A program made the translations under genes and the position numbers. 37,767 nucleotides of DNA from Candidatus Desantisbacteria bacterium (GTDB lineage Bacteria > JACRDZ01), in contig JACQWU010000323.1 of the NCBI GenBank assembly GCA_016209155.1, positions 1-37,767 on the forward strand, in the 5' to 3' direction. The notes beneath the pieces were generated by a model. The model was not told the DNA's origin. It did not search any database and saw only the letters and a program-made list of their open reading frames with translations. How positions within the stretch are numbered: position 1 is the stretch's first letter; each line of letters starts with the position of its first letter. This document shows, piece by piece, positions 1 to 12,300 of the stretch.

Positions 1-175
1 TAGAGAGAAATCTTTGAAAATTAATGAGTTAGAAGACTTTATGTATTCTCCCCCCTCTCTAGTCCTCAAATTGCTAATTTTTTTATACCGTTTTTCAATC
101 TAATCAAGTTAAAATTTATTAATGTAAATATTGAAACTGATTATTTAAAAATAAAATGATAATCTTAGCTTCTAT

Positions 176-249
176 TGTCATTCTGAGCAAAGCGAAGAAT
201 CTGTTTTTAAAGTATGAAAAGCAGATTCTTCGCTTCGCTCAGAATGACA
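176..249. repeat. REP-like palindrome with 28-bp arms
   Basis: TGTCATTCTGAGCAAAGCGAAGAATCTG (176-203) and CAGATTCTTCGCTTCGCTCAGAATGACA (222-249), one mismatch; ~140 bp past the PKS stop. Confidence 0.85.
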
Positions 250-304
250 GAATTATTTCATCATACAAAAAGGTTTTTATGATCTTTTAAAAAAATTTGA
301 GGGC

Positions 305-380
305 ACAGAGAAATTATTAGTTTTTCTCCGTGTTCTCTGTGGTTCATTTTTTATCCTTTCATTTTACTTTTGACAGTACC
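305..380. mobile_element. Truncated copy of the 20242-20350 MITE (right portion)
   Basis: Shares TTTTCTCCGTGTTCTCTGTGGTTCATTTTT..ATCCTTT..CAT.TTACTTTTGACAGTACC with ~20288-20350 in the same orientation; ends 5 bp from the PKS stop codon. Confidence 0.8.
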
Positions 381-385
381 AAAAT

Positions 386-3300
386 TTATAACAGTTGATC
401 TGCTTGCTCTATATCCAAATTTCCTTCATATACCTGTTCTAATACCTTCTCAATAGAATAAGACGGTGTTGATTCCAAACTAACATGCAATGTCCTATCT
501 GATTTATTTAATTCCTTTGACAGAAATCCGGCAAATTCACGAATTGTCGGATAATCATATATTTTGGTTGCTATAATCGAGATGCCATACTGTTTATTGA
601 TCACCCGCACCCACTCCACACCTGTAACTGAATCCAATCCCATATCAATAAAAGGTTTATCTATATCAACTTCACTATGTTCCATGTATAAGGTTTTCGC
701 TAAGCTTATTGCTAATTCCTCCTGTAATAATTTTATTGATACGGGATTATACTTTTGAATCACAGGTTTAGAATTGTCCATTATTTTTAATTCTGGTAAT
801 GACTTACTTATAGATGGCAGAATGATTTGATTTTGATCTGATGTTTTGTGAGCCGGCAGTTGATTATCTGACAAAGAAGCTAACTTTATTTTGTTTGGTT
901 TTTCAGATTTATTGGATAAAATGATTACTTCTGCAGGTTCGGTCTTTAAAGGGTGTTGAGATAATATCGAACGTGACTTGTCTTCAGAAAGATGAGAGGC
1001 TTTTTTATCCGCTAGAGAATGTATTGACTTTGCATCTGTTGAGGTGCTGCTGCCTGATGGCATAACATTATTTTCTGACAACCAATATCTCTCTTGAACA
1101 AAAGGGTATGTAGGCAAACTTATGCGATGAGGTTTTTTATCACTGTAAAGTTTGCTCCAATTAACATTCAGCCCCTTGCACCAGAGATCCAAAAGTTTAT
1201 CATACTTTTTCCTGCTGATCCAAGTATCAATTGTTTTTTCAATATCTTCATCTTCTGCAATAATAGCCAGTACATCTTTACTGCGCTTAACCTGCCCTCG
1301 ATAGAGGTTCTCAAAATTATCCTGTCCTTCCAAAAACTTCTTAAGTTTTTCTTCAAGTTCTCTGATTGACGACACCATTATTGCCAGGCGATCTTCCATT
1401 GCTTCACGTCCCACTTGAAGGGTATAGGCTATATCTGCTAAATTAGCATCCAAGAATTGCTGTTCAAGAATCGCAGCCAATAATCGTTGAACTTGCTCTT
1501 TAAGGCGATTTTCATTTTTTGCTGATAGTATTATAATTGCAGGGTTCTGAGGGGTAATTGTAATTGACAACTGATTCTCTTTCTTTTGAATGAATTCTTC
1601 GATTATAACATAGGCATTGGCTCCGCCCGCACCAAAAGCAGAAATACCGGCAATTCTTGGATATTCTTTAGTCGCTCCATTGATTTCCAATATAGGACGT
1701 TTCCATTCAGCAAGCTCTTGTTGAACAACAAAGGGAGTGTTTTTGAAATCAATATTGGGATTAAGTATCCTGGAATGCAGCGATGGCACAAATTGTCTGT
1801 ATTTCATCTGTAATAGGACTTTTGTTAATCCCGCTATACCTGCTGCTGATTCCAAATGTCCTATATTTGACTTTACTGATCCGATCGAACAGTATTGCCT
1901 ATCTTCTGTATATTCTCCAAATGCCTTTGTCAGTCCTGTAATTTCTATTGGATCTCCCAGAGATGTCCCTGTTCCGTGAGCTTCTATATAACTAATTGTC
2001 CGAGGGTCTATCTTCGTCCTTTTTAATGCCTCCTTTATCATGTCCGTCTGGGCATTGGGATTGGGGACTGTGTATCCATTGGTCTTTCCACCTGTACTCA
2101 GCATTGTTCCTTTAATAATTCCATAAATATGATCATTGTCAATATTTGCTTTGTGCAATGGTTTTAAGACAATCGCTCCTACTCCCTCTCCTGCCACAAA
2201 CCCATCTGCCTGATTCCCAAATGATTTGCATTGATTGCTTGAAGACAGCATGGTCATTTCAGACAATTTAATATAATGCTCGGGATTTACAATCAGATTG
2301 ACTCCTCCTGCTATGGCGCATTCACTTGTGCCACTATGCAGACTCTCAACAGCCATATGAATCGCTGTTAATGAAGAAGAACAGGCAGTATCCACTGCTA
2401 TACTCGGACCTTGAAAATTCAGAAAATATGAAAGACGATTCGCAATAGACCAATAGCTTGAGCCGGTAGGATAGTTTCCATTCATAACCCCAACAAACAC
2501 TCCAATCTTTCTACTTCCGCAAAGTGTTGCTGGCGTATATCCTGCATCTTCAATGCTTGAATATGCTATTTCCAAAAACAGACGCTCCTGGGGATCTATC
2601 TGTTCTGCTTCTCTTGGAGAAATCTGAAAAAATGCAGGATCAAATTTGTCAATATTCTTGATAAAACCTCCCCATTTAGTATATATTTTTCCTTTTTTCC
2701 CTTTTTCTTCATTAAAGTAGGTTTGCCAATCCCATCTATCTCCCGGAATCTCAGCAATGCAATTTCTGCCATTTTTTAAATTATTCCAGAATTCAATAAT
2801 ATTATCTGCTTCCGGATATCGTCCTGCAAGCCCAATAATAGCAATATCCTGAAATCTGAAATTTTGAGACTCTGTTTGTTCGGTTTTTTGATTATACCGC
2901 TTCAGAAAGCGTCTGTTTTTTCTTATTGGCAAATTGTGATTCTCCGGTGAAGATGTAACATATATTTCATCATTATGAGAAATCTCTTTTTGATGTTCAT
3001 GCTCATCCAAACCCACCAGAGTAATCAATGATTCCTTCTGAGTTTTTATAAGATGATCTGCTACACCATCAATAGTTTGATACTCAAAAAATAAAGTGCT
3101 TGTAATATTATTCAGTACTTTACTGAGAGCACCGGTAAGCCGGACAATGAAAATTGAATCAATTCCATATTTTTCCAGAGGTGTTTTGGAATCGATATTG
3201 TGAGCGGGGATATTAAGGATTTCACCAACTAATTTTTTAATATAATTTATAGTTCTATCACGAAGAGAATCATACTTAATTTCACCGGTTGTCGAATACC

Positions 3301-6300
3301 TTTGTTCTATGGGCTGCTCTTTCCTTACTTCTGCATTAACTTTCTTTTGAACAGACGGTATACTCATTTTTGGCATTAGTTTTTGCCGGACAACCCCATC
3401 ACTTTCAGCAACTATAATTTGTTGACCTAATCTATGAGACTCATGTGCGGGGAAAAATACTGCCCCGAACCCTTCCTCTTTCAATACTTTTTGCCATGTC
3501 TCAGGATATAATCCGGGACAGCCAGGGATACGCAAACCTATATCCTCATACAGCCACCATCCTTCCAGAAGACCGAATGTCAGGTGTGTAAACAATGATG
3601 TATTGGTTATCTCATTTAGAAGTATAACTCCATTTTTTTTGAGCGCTGCTTTGGCATTCTGTAATGTCTGCCTTATTTTTTTCGTGGCATGCAGCACATT
3701 TGCAGCAATCACCAGATCATAACCTCCGGCATTTATTTTTTGGCCTGCTATTGGCGCACTTACATCAAATATACCGTAAGTCAAATATGGGTTCTCTTGC
3801 CCATACTCTTTTTCCGAATGCAAAAGAAATGACATGGAAATATCCGAATAGCAATACTCTTCAATATTATCCTTATACCTCCTAAGTTTCCTGAAGACTA
3901 TCGTGCTGGTACCGCCTGTTCCTGCTCCTATCTCAAGTATCCGAATCCGTGCAGATGGGTCTTGTTTAAGTCTCTCCTCAAAATAGTCAACTACAACATT
4001 GGCAAGCACTTCATTAAAGTAATCCGCAACAGGATTATCTTTAAATATTCCTTCAACCAATGACATTGAAGCATTCGGAAATATTATGTCTGTGGCATTC
4101 ATCTTCCCTTTGAGAATATCAGGTAGTCCTCGGAGAGTTGTCGCTAACAATATCACTTTTGCTTTCATATTGGGGTCTTTCAACCACTGACCCTTTTTCT
4201 GTTCCCATTCTTTCCATAACACATTTATATCTACTCGATTCTTATCTACAACAGTATATAACGCTCCATCAAAGTGTAAGTAATGTTTCCGTACCAAAAC
4301 AGAGATACTTTCTTTTAACCATTTATCATAAAATTCACTCAGACCACTCTTTATTTTGAGGTCAGCAAGCGCCACCTGATCTTCTGTAAATATGCCAATA
4401 GCTTGTAATTGCTCCAAGAGTATCCGGCAGATAACTTCTTCCATTTCCGACATGGCATCATTTTCTTTTAATACTATTTGACGGGTAGATAAAATCTTAT
4501 CTTTAATGATTTGAATAATCGAGGGAAGGGTATTTTCATAAACCGCAATCGCTTCATCTGTATTGACTCCCTTCATAACTAAAGGTTTTATAATCTTTAT
4601 CATAGCTATCTGATCCATCGGGGATACAAGTAGTGTTTCAGTTGCTTTCATACCTTCCGGTGGTTCAATGGAGCCGATCCCTGCTTGTGCTATCCTCTCC
4701 TGATATGCTTTTGAAGAAACAACCCCTACACTGCCCCAATAGCCCCAATTCATTATTTTCACAGTACATGGCCATTCAAGAACAAGCTGATGGGCAAAAG
4801 CATCGTTAAATGTGCAGCCTGCAGCATAGTTACTCTGTCCCGCAGCTTTTACATATGATTGCATGGAAGAGAAAAAGAGGACAAAATCCAATGGCTCGCG
4901 TTTGAATACTTGTACCATTCGCACACTTACGCTAACTTTCGCTGAAAGAGCTGAATTGAATTGCTCTTCTTGCATATTTGCAAGGCTTTGATCCAGGAGC
5001 ACAATTGCTGAATGTACTATCCCGTTTATATTTATATATCGTTGCTTAATCTCTTCATAGGCGCGCTGGAGGTCATCTAAGTTCGATGCATCAGCTGAAA
5101 TATATAGCGGTGCAGGGCCTAAGTCTGTAAGTCTATTTAATTTTGCTTGAATAGTTGGATTATTTTTTCTTCGTCCTATCCATATGATCTGAGCTTTATA
5201 GTTACGAATCATATACTCGCTCCAGACCTCTCCGATCCCTCCTGCGCCTCCTATCACCACATACACACCCCCGAATTTATAGTTAGCACTGGTCTGATTA
5301 GAATGAGGGCAATCTATTAATAACAAGTTTTGTCGATACCATTCACCTTTATTATAGACCCATGCTTCTCCTTGGGAATCAGCCGGTAGCGTAAACATAT
5401 CATAAATTGGCCATTCATCTCTGCTATCCAAATCAATGAACCGGATATTCCAGTTAGGATATTCTTTGGCAAGAGAGCCAACTAGCCCATTAATGCTCGC
5501 ATGAGATGGATTCACTCGATCACCTTTGTGAATAGGTTGAGACTGAATCGTGATTACACTCCAACCTAAATTTCTAGTATCATAGTTCAAACTCAGAAAA
5601 GCCTTAATTATTCTAAAAACTTGCAGCACCCCACAGTTTTGGTTTTCTATAATTGCTTCATCCGCTAGTGATATCAAAGGCGCATATGGAGCAATCCATA
5701 TAACATGATCAATAGTACTGTAATCTCGCAATTTTTGAGTAATATTCTCTATGGTATCATCAGACTCTATGTCTAATGCATATGCGTTTGGATAAAGCTT
5801 CTGAATAGCAAGCCTGTTATTTTCATTTCCACCTATAATCACAACCTGCTTTGTTGATAAAGGAAATATATCTCCATTTGGTTTTGGTATTGAATCCCAT
5901 ACAGGTGTCAGCAAGATATTGCCAACTGGTAACTCGGAGACAGAAGCTTGAATTGCGCTTTCCATCGTCCTTAATGAAAGTCCCTTCATACGCACGCAAA
6001 CATTACCTTTATCATCACATAAATCAATCTCAAATTTGTATATTATGCTCCCTGCTTTGCTACCATTACTATATCGGATAAATGCCCACATCAGCGATGC
6101 GCATTTTCCAAAAATTTCAAGTTCCTCTAGAGCAAATGGCAAGATCGGCTTGCTATAAACAACATCATCAGACAATATCGAATTATCATCACCTATCATT
6201 AAACCTATTGATGCTTGCAAAGCTGAATCCATTAAACAAGGATGCAAAACAAATTGATCTTTAGTATCAGATATAAATGAAGGCAAAGACAGCTTCGCCA

Positions 6301-9300
6301 ACATTTGACTGTCTCCTATAAGCACTTCATTTATACCCTGATGTCTCGAACCATACTCAATCCCCATTGCCTTAAATAACTCATAACATTTGCTAGAAGA
6401 AAGTTTGCTTTTGGTACATTGAGCTTTTAAATCTTTGATATTCAAAATTGGAATTTCAGAAATCGAAATAAGATGTGCTATTCCGCTGCTGTGAGTTACT
6501 ATATCAACATCGCTTTCTTGAGGTGTGCTGTAAATCTCATAAACAATCTCTTTGTTATTCTCAGGATAGAGTCCGATGTGAACATGGACCGGTTGTCCAT
6601 TTACTGATATGGGTTTTGCCCAAACAATATTCTTCAGGCTGATCCCTGTCAGATCTTCACGCAATGCTTTAGTTGACTGTTCCACTGCTGTTCGGGCCAT
6701 TTCAAGATAAGCCACCCCTGGTAAAACTTTTTGGCCATTCACGACATGATCCGCCAGAAAAAACTCGTCACCCGTAAAAGTAGAACTGAACCGCTGCTCA
6801 AATAAATCTGAAGTGTTTTGATGGAGTAAAGGATGAACAGCAGAAATATTAACCATGCTTATTGTTTTACTGCATGCTGCGGAATCTATATCAGTCACCC
6901 AGTAACGTTCTTTTGCAAATGGATAAACAGGCAGGGGAATCCGCTTCGGTATTTGATTTGAATATAATAATCCCCACTCTATCTCCACACCATTTACCCA
7001 AAGCCGCGCTAATCTTGTAAGTTTTTTTTTATTCAGCAATTTTCTTAGAAATTCTTTCCCCTCTTCTTCTTCACCTAAAAGTTCTATTTTCTCTTTATTT
7101 GATTTTATATCCCCTCGATAAACATTTTCAATATCAGATTTTCCCTCGCTATATTGCAACAATTTTTCCAGTAATTCTTTTGTGTTAGATACCACTAATG
7201 CGAGTCTCTCTTCCATTGGTTCCCGTCCCACCTGTAGGGTGTAGGAGATATCCAATAAGTCCGTATCTGATACGTCTTTATTTTCTAAAAATGCCGCAAT
7301 CTCTCTTGAATATACCTTCAGACGCTCTTCATTCCTAGCAGAAAGAACAATAATATATTGTCCTTCCAATGTAACATTAGGACTATTTAATGATTTGTAT
7401 TCCTCTAATATCAGATGAGCATTTGATCCTCCTGCTCCAAATGCGCTGATACCAGCACGACGAGGATATATCTTATCCTTCCCTGCTTCTTTTATAACAG
7501 GTTGTTTCCATTCCTTAAGTTCGCGTTGAATATAAAATGGTGATTCCTCAAAATTAATATTGGGATTCAGTTTCTCAGTATGGATAGAAGGCACCAACTG
7601 CTTATGATTCATCTGTAGTATCATCTTCGTTAATCCCGCTATACCTGCTGCTGATTCCAAATGTCCTATGTTTGACTTCACTGATCCGATCGAACAGTAT
7701 TGCCTATCCTCTGTATGTTCTCTAAATGCCTTTGTTAACCCTGTAATCTCTATCGGATCTCCCAAAGATGTCCCTGTTCCGTGAGCCTCTATATAACTGA
7801 TTGTCCGAGGGTCTATATTCGCCCTCTTTAATGTCTCCTTTATCAGACTTGCCTGAGCATTGGGGTTCGGTACTGTGTATCCTTTTGCCTTACCGCCAGA
7901 ATTAATAGCCGTAGCCTTAATAACAGCATATATATGGTCTCCATCCTCAATCGCTTTCTGCATTGATTTTAAGAGAACCGCACCCACTCCTTCTCCAGGC
8001 ACGTACCCGTTTCCGCCTTCTCCAAAACTGCGACATCTTCCATCACTTGAGGCAAATTTCAACTGGCTTAACAAAATATATTTATTCGGATGGATCGATA
8101 CATTTATTCCTCCGGCTATAGCTAATTCGCTTTCCCCTCTTCGTATACTTTCACAGGCAAGATGTATTGCTGTCAGGGACGATGAGCACATTGTATCTAA
8201 TGCAATACTCGGACCCTGAAGGTTGAAATAATAAGATACTCTATTAGCTATCGATGCATGCAGGGATCCGAGAGCAATTATATTTCCTTTTTGGGATTCC
8301 TTAACTCCAAATAACTGATATTCGCTATACATCACTCCGACAAATACACCCACCCGATTTTTCTCGATACGGGCAAGCGTATAGCCAGCATCCTCAATTG
8401 TGTGCCATACTGTCTCCAAAAAAAGCCGTTCCTGCGGATCCATAACTTCTGCTTCACGCGGAGCGATGTTAAAAAACAACGGATCAAATTTATCCACATC
8501 TTCTATAAAACCACCCCATTTGCTGTAACTGTTTCCTATTTTCTCTTTGTCAGGATTGTAATATTCCTGATAATCCCATCGATCTTGCGGTATCTCAGTA
8601 ATACAATCTTTTCCTTTTTTTAAATTTTCCCAATACTCCTCTATATTTTTTGCCATAGGATATCTACCACTTAATCCAATAATAGCAATATCTTCTGTCC
8701 CATTCTCAGCTTCTTCACTTGAATGCACAAATCTCCCAGGCCGTTGATATCTCTTCAATTCATTATCCTGATATACTTTTTCTTCCATCCCCTTTGTTCC
8801 TGTTTTATTATATCCTCCAATTGCTTCCAGCAGTCTTTCTATGTGGTTCTCTATAAAATATTTTGTAAGTTCTCTTATATTTTTATATTCAAAAAATAAA
8901 GTTTTTGATAATACTCCAAAATGCTCTTCAAGTTCCCTGGTTACATTCAAGATCATCACAGAATCTATGCCGTAACGCTCAAAAGGATCTTCTGATTGTA
9001 TTTTTGAAGACTGTAGCTTTATCTGATGAGAGATTATATTTTTTAAAAATATCTCTGCTTTTTCCTGTAACTGAATCTTCTCTTGGAGTCCATACTGTTT
9101 GCTGTTATATTCCACATCTGCTGAATAATCTTTATTCAACGCATTCTTTATTTGCTCGCCCTCTCCTTCGAGAACAATCAATTGTGAAACAGGAGATATC
9201 AATCCGTCTTCAAAAACCTGAATACCTTTTTCATTGCTTAATGGTCTAGCTCCGGTCAGTTTCTTGTAAAAAGCTATGGAATCCTCAGGTACCACCATAC

Positions 9301-12300
9301 CTCCTGATTCCCATAATGGCCAATTAATAGAAAGTGTTTTGCCGGATCGTTTTCCTTCTTCTTTCCATTGGCGGCGCATCTCTGAAAAATTATCCATAAA
9401 ACTGTTTCCATATGCATAATCACTCTGCCCTATATTACCTGTTATTGCTGCAATAGAAGAAAACATCACAAAAAAATCTAAGGGATATTCCTTAGTAACT
9501 TCGTCCAACCATATAGTGCCATATACCTTTGGTGACAGAACAGCTTCCATATTTTCTTTTGTCTTCTTCAGCATTAAAGAATCACGAATCACACCAGCGC
9601 TATGAATCACTCCATGTATTTCTCCAAAACGGGATCTTGCTTTTGAAATAAATTTCTCTACATCCCCCTTTTGTGATATATCAGCTTTGATATACATTAT
9701 TTTGGAACCAAGTTTCTCTATTCCCTGTAATTTCCTTTGTTTTTCATTAGACAAATCAGAACGACCTACAAGAACCAATCGTGCCTTAACCTTTCTGGCT
9801 AAGTGCTCTGCAAAAATTAGCCCCAGACCACCTGCACCTCCGGTGATTACATATACTCCTTCTTTTTTTAACGGCAAAGATATATTGGCTTTGTTTGTCA
9901 GCTTAAATTCTTTATAATTTTTTATAAATCGTGACCCGTCTTTATAACAAATCTCAACATTTTTCCTATCTTCTGACTGAAATTCAGGCAATATCAGATC
10001 AAGTAATCGTGAAGGATTTAGGTTGGTTTTAAATTTCTTGGTTATTTGTAAATCTATAATCTTATAAATAAAATTAGGATTTTCCATATGGATAGTTTTT
10101 GCAAAACCTGTTACCCCTGCATATTGCGGTAGCAGCTCATTAGCATGACTTGAATAGACATATAACAGATGTATCTTGCCTTTTATTTTTTGCTCCATAA
10201 GTCCCTGACTCAGATGAAATATAGAGTATATGCCATGGTCAAGCTGATTTCTGAGTGCATCTTCCTTATTTGTAAATTGTTCTTTTGACCACAGATGAAT
10301 AATTTTATCGGGCATTTTATCTTTTTCTCTCAAAGTCTTAAATAACCGGCGATAATCATTGGGCTGTCCGGGATTTATCTCATAAATATTATTTCCCTTA
10401 TCACTATAACTTTCTTTAGGTTTCACTAATATGACCGCGGGAGTATTATTATCATTTTTTATGCGATTATTTAATGTATTAAATACTTCCTCTCCTGTAT
10501 CAAAAAACAAAATAGTTCCTCTTTGAGCCTTTATTGTCTCTTTCGTAATAAGTTCCATCTTTTCCCATTCGCCGTGAAAATATAGTGTCTCATGAGTATT
10601 CAAATCAGTAATACGTTCTTTGTTCAGTAACTCATTATCATTAAAACCTTGTATGGTCTTAGTTTTGTTGTGAAATAGCCGTGGTAAAAAATCTTTTATT
10701 TTCACTAAAGCACTTCCACCCTCATCAACTAATTGAATATGAAATTTATTTAACGGCGCATCTTTACTATATCCATTTTCTGCTATTGCTACATAAACAT
10801 AAAATTTCTCAGGTAACGGCATTTTTATCTCTAACTCTCCAATTGAAAAAGGGACAGAGAGCATGGATGCTGTCTCATTACTTACCATCAGCCAGGCAAC
10901 TGTCTGTAACGCCCCATCCATGAGTGACGGATGAAGTACGAAATCCTGAAACTCCCCTCTCAATTCCTTAGGCAGCTCTATCAAAGATAAAGCTTCTCGC
11001 TCATTATGATACATCTTCTGTATTGTTCGAAAACCTGATCCATATTGAAGCCCTACGGATTGAAACATATCGTAACACTCTTTTCTGCTCTTAATATTCG
11101 GACATCGCGCTCGTATGGCTTCAATATCAATGAATTCATTATTATCAGAGATTTCATCATAGACTAATTTCCCGTACGAATAGATTATCCTGCTGTTAAC
11201 TTCTCCAGTAGTGCTAATCTCAAAATCCACAACACCCTTATCTCTATTTGAATATAGGCTTATTAAGACATCCTGCATCCCATCTGTCACTGTAACCGGT
11301 TTTACCCATATAATATCCTTTAACTTTCTTACCTTACCTTTTCGATAAGCTAAATTACCAGCTGCTCTTGCCATTTCTAAATGAACAACACCTGGCAGCA
11401 TCATTTCATTTTCAACAATATGATTTTTGATATATGAGTCTTCACTCGTGAATACTTTTTTATAACATTGTTCTTCCAACGTAGATTCATTAGTATCAAT
11501 CAGTGGATGAAGCATCGCAATCTGACTTTGTCTAGTGCTTATACCTTTGATGTTTTCAGATTCTGATATCCAGTATCGATCCCTGGCAAACGGATAGGTA
11601 GGCAATGAAATCCGGTTTGGTTTATGTCCCGAATACAATAAACTCTTGTCTATTTCTATACCTACTGTCCAAAGCTGTGCTAATTTTTCAATTTTCCTAT
11701 CATTTATTAAACTTCCTATAAACTCTTTTCCTGCATTTCCTTCAATCAAAATACCTACTTGTGCTTTACTTACCTTTACATTACCCTGAAAGATATTTTC
11801 TATATCTGCTTTACTTTCATAATATAGAGATAATTTTTCTAGCAAATCTTTTGTGTTTGATACTACCAATGCCAGCCTCTCTTCCATTGGTTCCCTGCCA
11901 ACATGTAAAGTATAGGCAATATCTGCAAGAGAAATAGCGTCTTTATTTTTTTCTAAATATTCATGCATCTCTAGAGCATATGTTTTGAGCCTTTCTTTAT
12001 CTTTGGCTGAAAGCATGATAATATATTGTTCCTGATTTTCTATTCTCGCTTGTAAGTTCGGCTTTTCATACTCCTCTAATATCAGATGAGCATTTGATCC
12101 TCCTGCTCCAAATGCGCTGATACCAGCACGACGAGGATATATCTTATCCTTCCCGGCTTCTTTTATAACAGGTTGTTTCCATTCCTTAAGTTCGCGTTGA
12201 ATATAAAACGGTGATTCCTCAAAATTAATATTGGGATTCAGTTTCTCAGTATGGATAGAAGGAACTAACTGCTTATGTTTCATTTGCAATATCACTTTAG

